Of a stretch of 64,000 nucleotides of DNA, positions 40,555 to 53,283 are shown one piece after another; position 1 is the stretch's first letter; each line of letters opens with the position of its first letter. Under the pieces are notes generated by a model that saw only the letters and a list, made by a program, of their open reading frames with translations, was not told the DNA's origin and made no database searches. The DNA is from Eledone cirrhosa (Eukaryota): the NCBI GenBank assembly GCA_964016885.1, contig OZ024748.1, positions 29,388,001 through 29,452,000 of the forward strand, read 5' to 3'. Position numbers and translations under genes: made by a program.

Positions 40555-40945
40555 AGTAATAATAAATTAATGACAGCCATAACAACAATAATAATAAATC
40601 AATGACAGCCATAACAACAATAATAATAAATCAATGACAGCCATAACAACAATAATAATAAATCAATGACAGCCATAACAACAATAATAATAAATCAATG
40701 ACAGCCATAACAACAATAATAATAAATCAATGACAGCCATAACAACAATAATAATAAATCAATGACAGACATAACAACAACAATAACAATAAATCAATGA
40801 CAGACATAACAACAACAATAACAATAAATCAATGACAGACATAACAACAATAACAATAAATCAATGACAGACATAACAACAACAATAACAATAAATCAAT
40901 GACAGACATAACAACAACAACAATAATAAAGCAATGACAGAAATA
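40555..40945. repeat. 32-bp minisatellite, ~12 units
   Basis: aatcaatgacagccataacaacaataataata units. Confidence 0.92.
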
Positions 40946-41001
40946 TTATCATTCATCATTATCAATGACAGAAATATTATCATTCATCACACATAACTTA
41001 C

Positions 41002-41145
41002 TGAGATTCATTCTGGAATGGAAGTTCAAACCTCAAGGAGTTGTTGGAATTGCTTATCCTGGAACGTTTAGGTTCCTCCCAGAGATCTTCCTCACGTACG
41101 TTGCTTCGATCAAAAGGTCTTTTCATGGAATGTCTCATTTCCAGC
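41002..41145 (-). CDS. SAFB: SAFB-like copy B exon 17
   Basis: LEMRHSMKRPFDRSNVREEDLWEEPKR resembles SAFB RRPYD..YWPEAKR; phase 2->2. Confidence 0.85.
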
Positions 41146-41385
41146 CTAAAAACAAGGAACAGTAAACAACAAAATAAAGTTAATAATAGTAAACAACTGC
41201 AATAGTGGATGATAAGCAGCCAGAAGATGTATCCTTCATCTTTTTAAGATGGCAGGTGAGATTTGGCTATTATAACCAGCAGGCTGAGTGACTACATAAA
41301 TACTTCCTCAGTGTAGATAACTACATAAATACTTCCTCATTAAGTTGATAATGATATAGTTAGAAAATAATCTTGATATAGTGAC

Positions 41386-41493
41386 CTCATCATCTCAGCA
41401 TGATGCACTTCTTCATTAATTCTTTCTTTTTGAAGTTCTTTTTCCATTCTATATTGTAATAGTTTTTCTTTCTCAAGTTTCATTCTCTCTAGT
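41386..41493 (-). CDS. SAFB: SAFB-like copy B exon 16b (tandem duplicate of 16a)
   Basis: LERMKLEKEKLLQYRMEKELQKERINEEVHHAEMM; 108 nt, phase 2->2, weak gtcact donor. Confidence 0.6.
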
Positions 41494-41963
41494 CTGAGAA
41501 AAGAAAAACCAATTCAAAAATATTACCAAGGAATTCTTGGAAAAAAAAAAGTAAAACATTGAATTAAAAAAAAACATTCACTCCCTACACACTAGCTTGA
41601 ACCTACACTGTTTCATATTACTCTTAAGAACACATGTTTGGAATTTAGGAAGAATTATATATTTTTTCAACAGATTTACATTACAATATCTTTTCAGACA
41701 TTTGATAACATATTGTTGAGTGTTGTTATCATGTCACACATATGAATTACATTTCAGACTACTTTCCACTCAGTAAAATCTATTTAAAAGATCCTATTGC
41801 CAACAACCAAAACCAACCAATAAAAAAACAAATAGAAAAGGTAGCCAAGAGGAGGGAGAGGAATAAGTAAATTAACTCAATTGACTAAATGATGTCAAAG
41901 ATAATTAATAAGATACCATTAAGTTCATAATGGTATAGTAAGAATATTTTCTGATTTACTCAC

Positions 41964-42059
41964 CTCATCATCTCAGCTTTCAGTCTTTCTTTTTGAAGAA
42001 GTTCTTTTTCCATTCTATATCTTAATAGTTTTTCTTTCTCCAGTTTCATTCTCTCCAGC
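41964..42059 (-). CDS. SAFB: SAFB-like copy B exon 16a
   Basis: LERMKLEKEKLLRYRMEKELLQKERLKAEMM; 96 nt, phase 2->2, gtgagt donor. Confidence 0.82.
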
Positions 42060-42258
42060 CTGAGAAGTATTAAACAATATAAAGACATCATGAAAAAATA
42101 CTTGGAAATAAAATAAAATGAAAATGAAAAAAATCCCAGTCTCCAACCAGACACTAATTTGAACATATACCGAAGAATATCAAACACACTTTTGGGGGAA
42201 AAATTATGTATTTTTCAACTAGGTACTAAAAAAAAATTTTTTAAGTTGTTCAACAAAC

Positions 42259-42422
42259 CTTAAATCCTCCCTAGCTTTGTCCAATCTCATAGCCTCCTCC
42301 CTCTGTTTTCTCTCCACATCTCTCTGAAGCATACGTGCCAAAGCAAGTTTTTTCAACCGGCGCCTCTCCTCTTCTCTAAGGCTCCGTTGTCTCTGACGTA
42401 AACGTTCTCGTTCTCTTTCCTT
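42259..42422 (-). CDS. SAFB: SAFB-like copy B exon 15 (R/E-rich coiled coil)
   Basis: KERERERLRQRQRSLREGERRR...QREEAMRLDKAREDL; phase 0->2. Confidence 0.88.
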
Positions 42423-42774
42423 CTGTCAAGAAATTTGGTGGGGTTTTTGTTTTATTTTCAAAAAATAGAATATGAAATGAGAATAATTTTTAAATAGCAA
42501 AGATTAAAATAACAGAACAGGCAATAACACAAAATGTACAACAGTCAACAATATAAAAATTAATTATATAAAACATGAATATAATATATCTTACAAGAGT
42601 TGGGAGACTAATATAATAATACAGCAGACATATCATAGATTAAACCTGTTCTGTATAAAACTAACATCATTTAAACTTCCAGCTAATGTTACATCCTTTG
42701 TTGGAAGATATAGCAATTCAAAATGAACAAACTGTCTAATGATTATTTTTAAGGTAGAGTAAATTTAATATGAT

Positions 42775-43152
42775 GACATCAGTAATGCTAACTATTTTAG
42801 TGATAGGATGAAGCTAGTGATGCTAACAATTCTAGTTTCAAAGTGGAGTTGGTGACACAAACTACTGTAGTTTTAGGGTGGAGTTAGTGATACTAACAAT
42901 TCTAGGTTGAAAGTGGAGTTAGTGATACTAACTACTCTAGTTTCAAAATGGAAATAGTAATGCTAACTATTTGTAGTTTAGAGTGGCGTTAGTGATACTA
43001 ACTACTATAGTTTCAGAGTTGAATTAGTAATGCTAACTAATCTAGTATCAGGGTGGCGTTAGTGCATACTAACTACTGTAGTTTCAGGGTGGAGTTAGTG
43101 ATACTAACTACAATAGTTTCAGGGTGGAATTAATTATGCTAACTACTCTAGT
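42775..43152. repeat. 35-bp minisatellite, ~11 units
   Basis: gtggagttagtgatactaactactctagtttcagg-like units. Confidence 0.88.
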
Positions 43153-43265
43153 TAGACAAAACCACTACCCTTAGTCAAACCATACCACACCTCTTAGTCA
43201 CACACCAAACCATACAAACCACACCCATGAGACATACTACAAGACATACACAAAACAGTACTTAC

Positions 43266-43504
43266 TTTTATTCTATCAAATGATAAAATATCCTTCTTGG
43301 CATCTTTGCCACTTTTATCTTTTGTAGTTTCAGTTGTGGCAGTTGGTTCACCTGGTTTAGGCTTTTCTGGGTTGGCAACCTTCTCTTTAGTGTCTGATGA
43401 TGATAAAGGTTTTACACCTTTCTCAGAGCCCTCCCTTGTTGTAGATCTTGAACTTGTACCTGGTTTACTTGTACTCCTACTTGATGTAGGCACACGAGAT
43501 TTAT
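43266..43504 (-). CDS. SAFB: SAFB-like copy B exon 14
   Basis: DKSRVPTSS...DILSFDRIK, resembling SAFB VVSFDKVK; phase 1->0. Confidence 0.88.
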
Positions 43505-43667
43505 CTGAAATATTTACATAAAACAACTTACAAATAATAGTTGAATGTTTGAAGTGAAGTCTAGACATATATATCTATCACCATATTGTCTTTTAGATAA
43601 AGTAAAGTTAAGTGTCTTGTATAAGGACAACATACACACAGACAGAGAAGTGTTAAGGGAGACTGAC

Positions 43668-43814
43668 CTGATGTTCTATGGTAACTACTTCTGCTGCTGC
43701 TGTTATGTCTTCTGTCATCTCTCCTGCTGGATATTCTCCTGCTTCTGTCATCTCTCTTTGGGTCCTTCCTGTCAAATTTTTTCACCCCTTCTTTCTTATC
43801 ACCATCCTTTTTCT
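43668..43814 (-). CDS. SAFB: SAFB-like copy B exon 13
   Basis: EKKDGDKKEG...SSYHRTS; ttgcag/gtcagt; phase 1->1. Confidence 0.8.
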
Positions 43815-43844
43815 CTGCAAGTAGCACACACACATGTATAGAGA

Positions 43845-44420
43845 AGGAGGGCCTAGAAAGAAGGGGTGTCAAAGTCAACCTGACAAAGACTAAGATCCTC
43901 ATAAATAGAAGAGAAAACAGAACCCAGATCCCCTCAAGGAAATGGCCTTGCTTAGTATGTGGGAGAGGTGTAGGTAGAAATTCCATCCTCTACTCCAAAT
44001 GCAAACTATGGTTAAACAAAAGATGTAGTGGGATGTCAGGAAGTTTAGCTAAGAATGTAGGCTTTATATGCAGCAGTTGCACGAGACAATAAGCAGCAAA
44101 CGACCACAGGAAACAAAAACAACCAAATTCTTGGAGGACTCTGTAGAAACAGTAGACAGCTTCTGCTACCTAGGTGACCGAATTAGCAACGGAGGTGGGT
44201 GTTCTGAAAGGACAGTAACCAGGGTAAGAACGGGATGGAAGCAGTTCAGGAAGAAACTAGCACTGCTAGTTGCGAAAGGCTTTTCCCTCAAAATGAAAGG
44301 CAGACTCTATGATGCGTTCATATGAACATCAATGTTGCATGACAGTGAGACCTGGGCATTATGTGCAGAAGACTTGCATAGATTAGAAAGATATGATGGA
44401 TGTGTAATAGTAATATACGT
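43845..44420 (+). mobile_element. RTE LINE fragment
   Basis: DSFCYLGDRISNGGGCSE..RTGWKQFR. Confidence 0.8.
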
Positions 44421-44424
44421 TTTT

Positions 44425-44850
44425 TCCTATTGATATCTGATTTATGCATGTTTGTACTCACAATCAGCATTACAACGTTCTTTCCTGGCAAGACAGACTG
44501 CTGCATTTCCCAAATTGCACTTTTGGGATGTTTTTTCTACTTACGTGGCACCGATGCTGCACATGCTGTCCATATTGTGTTCAGGAGTAGTGTTGACATC
44601 TCCAGAGTCATAAAATTCAAGCCAGTTTGGACGTTGCAGCTCGGTGCAGTAACAGTTCCACTGCTTTATTCCCGTCAAATTGAGCAGTTTAGAGATGGTT
44701 GTGGTTTTTGTTACTGCCCATGAGGGATAGAATGGCAATGATCATAGCATGATCAGAGTCACCTAAAGGTTCCTCAGTAGTAACACTAATAACCGTTCCA
44801 GGAGGAGTGGTGAAGAGTAGATCCAAAGTGGTGTCACCTCTTGTGGGTGA
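44425..44850 (-). mobile_element. LINE endonuclease fragment (CR1-like)
   Basis: PTRGDTTLDLLFT...EPLGDSDH. Confidence 0.6.
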
Positions 44851-45027
44851 GTATGTGTGAGTGTATATATATATAATCATCACCGTTTTACGTCCATTCT
44901 TCCACGCTAGCATGAGTTAGACTGGTTGTCCTGTCATAGGCAATGCCAGGTCGGGTGACCATGTTTTGCTCATACGGGAACCGATTTTGGCTTGATTTCT
45001 ACAGCTGGATGCCCTTCCTAACACCAA

Positions 45028-46718
45028 TCATCATCATCATCATTTTACGTCCGCTTTTCCCTGCTTGCAAGGGTGGGACGGGTCTTATTTAGCACAGCAT
45101 CTCTCCACTTGTTACGGTCCTTCGTCATCTCCACCGTGAGGTTCAGTGACCTGAGGTCTGTTCTCACCACCTCCGCCCATGTTTTTCGTGGTCTACCTCT
45201 ACCATGTCTTCCTTCAACTGGTATTTCCTGGCACTTCTTCACCCATCGGTCATCCTCCATGCACATCAGATGTCCATACCACCTCAGTCTCCTCTCTCGC
45301 ACACTACATTCTATCACTCTCAGACACAGTTTCTCTCTCAACACATTCATGCTGGGTCGTTCACGCACATTGACATTGCACATCCAACGGAGCATGCTTG
45401 TCTCATTTCTCTCCAGCCGTCACATATCCTCTGCAGTTGCTGTCCATGTCTCACTACCGTGCATCATCGCGCTCCTCACACAGGCCTCATATAACCGGCC
45501 TTTCGTACACAGGGAGAAACCCTTCTTCGTCAGCAGAGGAAGCAGCACCCTAAACTTCTTCCAACCCGGCCTTATTCTAGATACTATGGCCTCGGAACAC
45601 CCCCCTCCAATGCTAATCTGATCTCCTAGGTACTGGAAGCTATCCACCACTTCTATAGCACCTGCCTGCATTTGAAAAATGTGTCTATCAATGCGACTTC
45701 TACTGTCTAATTTCCCTGTACATCTACTGCATACGTATTTCTCCCTACCTGTTAGTTTGCCTGCTATCCCACTACATCTCTTGGAGGGCTTGGAGGACTA
45801 TAATGAACAAGAGCAGGCTGAGGACCGAACCTTGATGTACTCCTACTTGTATCTGGAATTCCTCACTAAACTCCATTCCTACCCTGACTTTACTGACAGT
45901 ACCTCTGTACAAAGTTTGCACTGTCCTCACAAGCCATTCCTCAACACTTAGTTTCCTTAGGGACCACCAGATGACAGATCGGGGTACCCTATCAAAGGCC
46001 TTCTCTAGGTCAACAAAGGCTAAGAATAGTGGCTTATTTTTCTCTAAGAACCTCTCTTGTAATTGTCTCACCAAGAAGAGGGCATCTGTTGTACTCTTCT
46101 CAGGCACAAAACCAAACTGCATCTCATCTAATTTGACTCTTTCCCTAATTGCCACTTTCATATGATCCATCAGTTTTATACCCCTATAATTGCTCCTCTC
46201 CAGAGCATCCCCTTTACCTTTGTAGCAATTTATGAGAATACTGCTGCACCAGTCTTTGGATATGACACCACCATAAATAGCCTGATTGATGATGCGTGCA
46301 ACCAGTTTAGTGCCTAAGTCCCCTGATGCCTTCAGCATCTCAGCAAATATCCCCTTACCATTTTTCACTTCCTCAATCGCCTCTTGGACCCTATATTCGT
46401 CAATCTCACTAGCTGGTCCTTCTGTCGGATCTACTGGGGGTAATTTCTCTCTCTCCCATTCGTTCTCCACATTCATCAGTCTCTCATAATGACATTTCCA
46501 GGCCTCCTTTTTCTGATCATTCGTGACACTAAATACACTGGCATCATTCCGGACACATTTATCTCCAACAACATCCTGATTTGCATTGACACACTGCCTT
46601 GCAATGAGGAACACTGCACGCCTCTGATCTTCTCGTCACAGAACATTGGCAAACCTCCTACTCTTAGCCACCCTGCGTGCTAAGTACACCCGACGTCTAG
46701 CTTCTCTCTTAGCGGCTG
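45028..46718 (-). mobile_element. RTE LINE (RT to 3' end, internal deletion)
   Basis: NYRGIKL, FVDLEKAFDRVPR, GVHQGSVLS; (ATG)n tail. Confidence 0.9.
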
Positions 46719-46719
46719 T

Positions 46720-47842
46720 AAGTCACACTGGATCTGCCCATTTTGTGGGCTTCTTTGGCTTTATGTAGTCTCAAGTTGCAGATAATTAGATGGTGATCAG
46801 TTGACAACTCTGAACCCTCTCTTAACATGAGCATCCAGGCAAAGCTGTTCTGCTAGAGAATGGGTCGCAGGTGGTGGCTAGCAATACGGCTACCAGATAT
46901 GATGGCTAGTTGCGACATAAGCAGGTAGGTGCTGGATAAATAAGCAACCTTTGACCAACTGTGGTAAACTACTAAGGGAGAAAGTACCAAATTGGTGACT
47001 GGCGCGAATAAGTCCACCAAAACTGCAACATCCTTTGTGCAGGTTAACAAACGTGATCAGGCCTTAGATAGAGGGGCCTGTTCAAAAAATATATTTCTGT
47101 CTCCATTTCATGCCGCAAAAACTGGCGATGGGCTTGCGACATGCCCTGAGAGGTATGGAATGGACGCACAAAGATTGTGTATCTCAGGACCCCAAAGAGG
47201 ATCCAGAAGGGGGCAAACCTTGACAATTGGTACCTGGAACATCACAACCCTCACAGGTGAGGAGCAGGAACTAGTGGAGGATGCTAAATGCTACCAGCTA
47301 AATACAGTTGGAGTTTCCTCAACAAAGTTCCATGGTTATGATACTGTAGATTTGGTTGGAAGCTGGAAACTCCACTATTCAGGTGTTGTGCCAGAAATGA
47401 ATCCACAGGTGGGAGTGGGGATACTCACAAGCCCCCGGCTGTCAGAATGGGTTATGGACAGGATCACATGAGGAGAGAAGATTTGCCTCTTGAAGCTTAG
47501 GCTGAAAGATAGGTCTCTGTGGGCGATGCAAGTTTATGCACCAAACAAGGAGTTTGAATACAAATCCTTCTTTAATGAAGTCACTGCAGCGTTAGATGTA
47601 GTTAAGACTGAGTCATATATCCTGATAGTGGATGTTGGCACTGACCATCTGACATGGAAATGAGTGATTGGAAGGACCAGTGATCCTAATCTAAATATGA
47701 ATGGAGAGGCATCATTAGACTTCTGTTCTAGCAATGAACTCTCTATTATGAATACCTTCTTGCAGCACAGAAAAGTCCATAAATATACATAGTATAAGGA
47801 GAATCAGGGACAGAGATCAATAATTGATTTTGTTATTGTCTT
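46720..47842. mobile_element. RTE LINE 5' portion with internal inversion
   Basis: 47110-47842 (+) matches 18262-18968; 46730-46840 (-) matches ~18990-19100. Confidence 0.8.
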
Positions 47843-48100
47843 ACAAAGATTCTTTCATAAAATTAGGATGCAAGGGTTTCAGATAAATATATACACTTTA
47901 AAACAAACACATATCATAAAATCAAGAGTGGTCTCAGATGGTTTTGCTATGAGAAAGACGAAACCAAATTATTGGTTAGTAACATTTATCACCAAGCTCA
48001 TCTAATGTCAATAGAAACAACTTATAGATTATCTACCTTATAATTATATCAGTAGATTGTTATTATCAGAAGAAATATCAATGTCTGGAAGAAATCTTAC

Positions 48101-48191
48101 CATCTTTCTTTACTTCAGGTTTTTCTTCTTTCTTTTCTGATGTTTTTGTTTCTGGCATTTTAATAATCTGAGTTCCAGGTTCATTTTTAGC
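48101..48191 (-). CDS. SAFB: SAFB-like copy B exon 12
   Basis: AKNEPGTQIIKMPETK...; AKNEP follows the RRM in SAFB; phase 0->1. Confidence 0.9.
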
Positions 48192-49251
48192 CTAAAAAAT
48201 AAAATAAAAATACATTTCAATTTAAATATTAAATATTATTTACCACACACCATCGCTACACCAATAGTTTATTACTGAGCTATCTGTATCTCTTTCATAT
48301 CCACACATTCTCCAGTTTACTATCACATCTCTACACCAATAGGTTATATTTAATGCTTTTATATATTTACTTATACCCAACTAGGATAGCAGTAACTTTC
48401 AATATAAACTGGTTCAGGCTGTGACAAGCGATGTCAACATAGAAAGCAGACATAAATTTATGATGATAAACATCTTGTTTTTTCAAAGTAAGCACAGTGT
48501 CATATAACAGCTTTCCATCTCTCTATGTTATTCTTATATTTTCAAGATATTTTGAACTACTTAGCTTGGGTAGCAGAGAGCAAAGCAGTGTTCTATAGTT
48601 TGGTTTAGTTACCAACATCTACAGGTGACTGAGCCAGTCCTGTAACCCCATCTGACCAAAGCAGCTTTGAATTCCTGTGTTCCTGTCCTCGGGTAGTTGA
48701 GTACCTTCCACTGGCACCATAGTGCTTCAGAGCTAAGAGAGGGGTGGATTCCCATGTCAGTTGGAGGAGGGTCATTTGTAAGTCTTTCTGTAGAAAAGCT
48801 TCAGTCTGGTCTCCTCTTGAGATGTTGGGGATGAATAACAAAATATATATTAAAAGACCCATAATTTTCAAAATGCCAGCAAAATGTGGTAGGAAAATAC
48901 ATAGGGCAAATGATGACAAATAAAAGAAAACAAAGTAGTGTTTAACCTAGTGTATTTTAGCATGATATTTCAGGGCTATTACCCTCTTTTCAAATACAAA
49001 GCTGGAACAGCTCAAAACGAAACAAAACAAAATGAACGAGCTACTGCTGATATAAGCAGGTAGCTGGAAGATGAATAAGCAACCCCAAACCAAGAGCAAC
49101 ACCTGTAGCTCACAAGGAAACTCTCACAACCCACTGGTGTAGCTATTATATAAATACTCGTCCCTAACTAGTCTACATATAGCTATTTCAACTGTTTACC
49201 ATTTCTATGTTCTTCAATAACTGACTACATATAACTCTTTCAGTAGCTGGT

Positions 49252-50340
49252 CATCATCATGATCATCATTTTACGTCCGCTTTTCCCTGCTTGCAAGGGT
49301 GGGACGGGTCCTATTCAGCACAACATCTCTCCACTTGTCACGGTCCTTCGTCAACTCCGTGAGCTTCAGCAATCTGAGGTCTGCTCTCACCACTTCTACT
49401 CATGTTTTTCATGGTCTTCCTTCTACTGGGATTTCTTGGCACTTCTTTACCCAGCGGTCATCCTCCATGTGCATCACATGTCCATACCATCGCGGTCTTC
49501 TCTCCCGCACACTATAGCTTATCCCTCTTATACACAGTTTCTCTCTCAACTCATCTATGCTTGGTCGTTCACACACATTGACATTGCACATCCAACGGAG
49601 CATGCTTGCTTCATTTCTCTCCAGCCGTCGTATATCCTCTGCAGTTGCTGCCCATGCCTCACTACCATGCAGCATTGCGCATCTCACACAGGCATCATAT
49701 AACCGGCCTTTCGTACGCAGGGAGAAACCCTTCTTTGTCAACAGAGGAAGCAACTCCCTAAACTTCTTGCAACCCTAGTTTTCCCTACTTGTTAGTTTGC
49801 CTGCTATCCCACTACATCTTTTGTGTACCCAAGATCTGCATTGTGTACATTTTATAGAATTTATGCCAGCTTCTTTTCTACATATCGAACATGGCCATTT
49901 CCCTGATGGAATCAGAGTTTTGTCCTCTTTTCTACTTATCAACACTTTTGTCTTAGCTAGGTTCACTCTCAGTCCTCTTGATTCCAACTGCTGTTTCCAT
50001 AGCCAGAATTTATTCTCTAACTCGTCTACTGATTCTGCTATAAGAACTAGATTGTCAGCATAGAAAAGTTCCCATGGGCATCCAGTCTTAAACTCCTCTG
50101 TTATGGCTTGGAGGACTATAATGAACAAGAGCGGGCTGAGGACCGAACCTTGATGTACTCCTACTTGTATCTGGAATTCCTCACCAAACTCCATTCCTAC
50201 TCTCACTTTACTGACAAGCACCCCTGTACATAGCTTGCACTGTCCTCACAAGCCATTCCTCAACACCTAGTTTCCTTAGGGACCACCAGCTGACAGATCG
50301 GGGTACTCTATTTAAAGGCCTTCTCTAGCTTATTCTCTAG
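49252..50340 (-). mobile_element. RTE LINE fragment
   Basis: GVHQGSVLSPLLF, LFYADNL; same family as 45028-46718. Confidence 0.88.
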
Positions 50341-50377
50341 CTTATTCTTCTCTAAGAACCTCTCTTGTAGTTGTCAT

Positions 50378-51198
50378 ATCATCATCATCATCATCTTCGT
50401 TTAACGTCCATTTTCCACGCTAGCATGGGTTAGACAGGAGTTGTCCCACTTGAGGCAAAGTTAGTCGGGTGACTGGGTCTCGCTCATATAGGACTATCTG
50501 GCAGGTATTCTACGGCTGGATGCCCTTCCTAACACCAACCACATGTACAGTGTGGAACTGGGAACTTTTTACCGTGTTACCTACACGGTGACATTACAGC
50601 GTGGACTGTGTGTTTTTTTCTCGTGACACCTACACGATCTCGATCTCATTATCTCATTTATTTGGACTGGATGTTGTGGTACCAACTTTACAGAGAGAGG
50701 GTGGTGTTGGTGGGAGTGGGAGGATAGGGTAAGGGTAGTGGATTGGGGTGTATATTTGGTTAAGAGGTGCCTACTGACTGTAGGTTTTGCTTTGTACATA
50801 GGCAAGGCGGGTCTTCTGTATTACTGTGTAGCGCCAAAGATCTCGGTCCAATGACATTGTCTTAGAGAGGTGCAAGTGTGTAAGGTCGGAATTTATCAGA
50901 TCGTCCCAGGTTTTTATGGGTCTACCTACTCCGTAACTACCATCAATTTTATACAGCTGTCGTCTTTCATGCGCATCATGTGGCCATACCAACATAGTCT
51001 TCTCTTGAGTAAACAGCATCTGATCTCTCTTATTCCTAATTTCTCACTCATTTCAATTATTCTTTACTGTTCACGTATATTACTATTACACATCTAACGG
51101 AGCATGCATGGTTCGTTCCTTTCCAGTCTACGCAGGTCCTCTGCACGTAATGCCCATGTCTCACTGCCATGTAGCATTGCTGTTCGTATACAAGCATA
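50378..51198 (-). mobile_element. RTE LINE 3' end, inverted partner of 52303-53073
   Basis: Collinear reverse complement including the 3' extension and tail. Confidence 0.85.
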
Positions 51199-51479
51199 CT
51201 GTTGCTGAATTGTCGCTTTGAGAAATGTAATGCATTTTCACTTCATTTTCTCGTCTCTCCTACTTTCTTGGTCCATTTACCTATCAGTATTTATATTAAA
51301 CTTCTCGTTTAACTCTCATAATTATGGTCGAATCTGTAGGACCTTTAGAAAAATAACCTGCTCGTTACCTTCCTTCTTTCCCCGCTCTGTCTCCCTCATA
51401 CATTGTTGATACGCTTACATGTTCTCTCACCCACCTCTCTCTCCGTAAATATAAAATAAATCTGTTGTGAGTTATGAAA

Positions 51480-53073
51480 GCTAAAAGTAAACCCCTATAC
51501 ATAGCTTTTGTTGACTTGGAGAAAGCTTTTGACAGAGTCCCCCCGCTCCATTATCTGGTGGGCTCTTAGAAAACTAGGTGTTAATGAATGGCTTGTGAGA
51601 GCTATACAAGCCATGTATAAAGAAACAGTCAGCAAGGTTAGAATTAACAACGAATATAGAGAAGAGTTTAGCGTAAAAGTTGGTGTTCATCAGGGCTCCG
51701 TCCTTAGCCCCCTACTATTTATTATTGCCCTTCAGGCTATAACAGAGGAGTTCAAGACCGGCTGCCCATGGGAACTCCTATATGCAGATGATCTAACGCT
51801 CATAGCTGAATCGATGGCTAAACTAGAGAAGAAATTCCAAACATGGAAGCATGGCCTAGAATCAAAAGGCCTTAAAGTTAACTTGTCAAAGATTAAAGTT
51901 CTAGTATGTAGAAAGGAAAATAGAGCACAGGTCCCCTCTGGGAAATGGCCATGTTCAGTGTGTAGTAAAGGAGTAGGCAGAAATTCCATTTTATGTCCCA
52001 AATGCAAAGTATGGGTACATAAAAGATGTAGTGGGATCACAGGTAAGCTATCTAAGAACGTAGATTTTATATGTGGCCAATGCTCAGGTGCAATAAGTAG
52101 CAAGTACCCACAGGATACTAGCTCCTTCTATTGCCCAGATGGTTCTATAGAACTAGTGGACACCTTCCGTTACCTGGGTGACAAAATCAGCAGTGATGGA
52201 GGGTGCTCTGAAAGTACAGCAGCCAGAATCAGAACGGGATGGAAAAAGTTCAGAGAGCTTATACCACTAAAGGTTTCCCTCTAAAAATGAAAGGCAGATT
52301 GTATGATGCTTGTATACGAACAGCAATGTTACATAGCAGTGAGACATGGGCATTGTATGCAGAAGATCTGCGCAGACTGGAGAGGAACGAAGCATCCATG
52401 CTCTGTTGGATGTGTAATACACGAACGGCAAAGCATAAATGAACTAAGTGAGAAATTAGGAATAAGAGGGATCAGATGCTGTTTACTCAAGAGAAGACTA
52501 TGTTGGTATGGTCATGTGTTGCGCATGAAAGACAACAGTTGTATAAAAAAGTGCAGGGCGATCAAAATTGATGAAAATTACGGAGTAGGTAGACCCAGCA
52601 AAACCTGGGACGCTTTGATAAATTCCGACCTACACCTACATCTCTTTAAGACAATGTCACTGACCGAGTTCTTTGGCGCTACGCAGTAATACAGAAGACC
52701 CGAAACCTACAGTCAGTAGGCACCACTTAACCAAATATATACCCCATCCCACTACCCCTACTCCCACCCTTTCTCTGTAGAGTTATGTTGGTACCACAAC
52801 ATCCAGTTCAAAATAAATGAGCTCGTGTAGGTGTCACAACAAAAAACACACAGTCCACGCTGTAACGTGGCCGTGTAGGTAACACGGTAAAAACCTCCCA
52901 GTCCACACTGTAAACGTGGTTGGTGTTAGGAAGGGCATCTAGCCGTAGAAAACCTGCCAAACAGTCCTATACGAGCAAGACATGGTCACCCGACCAATCT
53001 TGCCTCAAATAGGACAATTCCCGTCTAAACCCATGCTAGCATGGAAGATAGACATTAAACGATGATGATGATG
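51480..53073 (+). mobile_element. RTE LINE (RT to 3' tail)
   Basis: 258-aa ORF with LLYADDL and a Cys-rich insert; (GAT)n tail. Confidence 0.9.
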
Positions 53074-53133
53074 ATATATATATATATATAAGTAGGAAAG
53101 ACCTTTTTCTTTAAACATTTTATTTTAACTTAC

Positions 53134-53283
53134 CCTTTCAACTGATATCATACGACCATGGAGTTCAGTTTGATTCAAATGTTGAATACATTTAGAAGCT
53201 TCATGTGCACTAGACATAGTTACAAAACCATAACATCGGGCACCGGGACTTCGAGCATTTGTCACTACTTTGGCACCAACAAC
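53134..53283 (-). CDS. SAFB: SAFB-like copy B exon 11 (RRM C-half)
   Basis: [50 protein letters not shown]. Confidence 0.95.

Noticed and set aside
40555-43152. Regular 32-35-bp repeats as CRISPR arrays (also 24119-24400)
   Set aside because: Units are contiguous without unique spacers, there are no cas genes, and the context is eukaryotic intron
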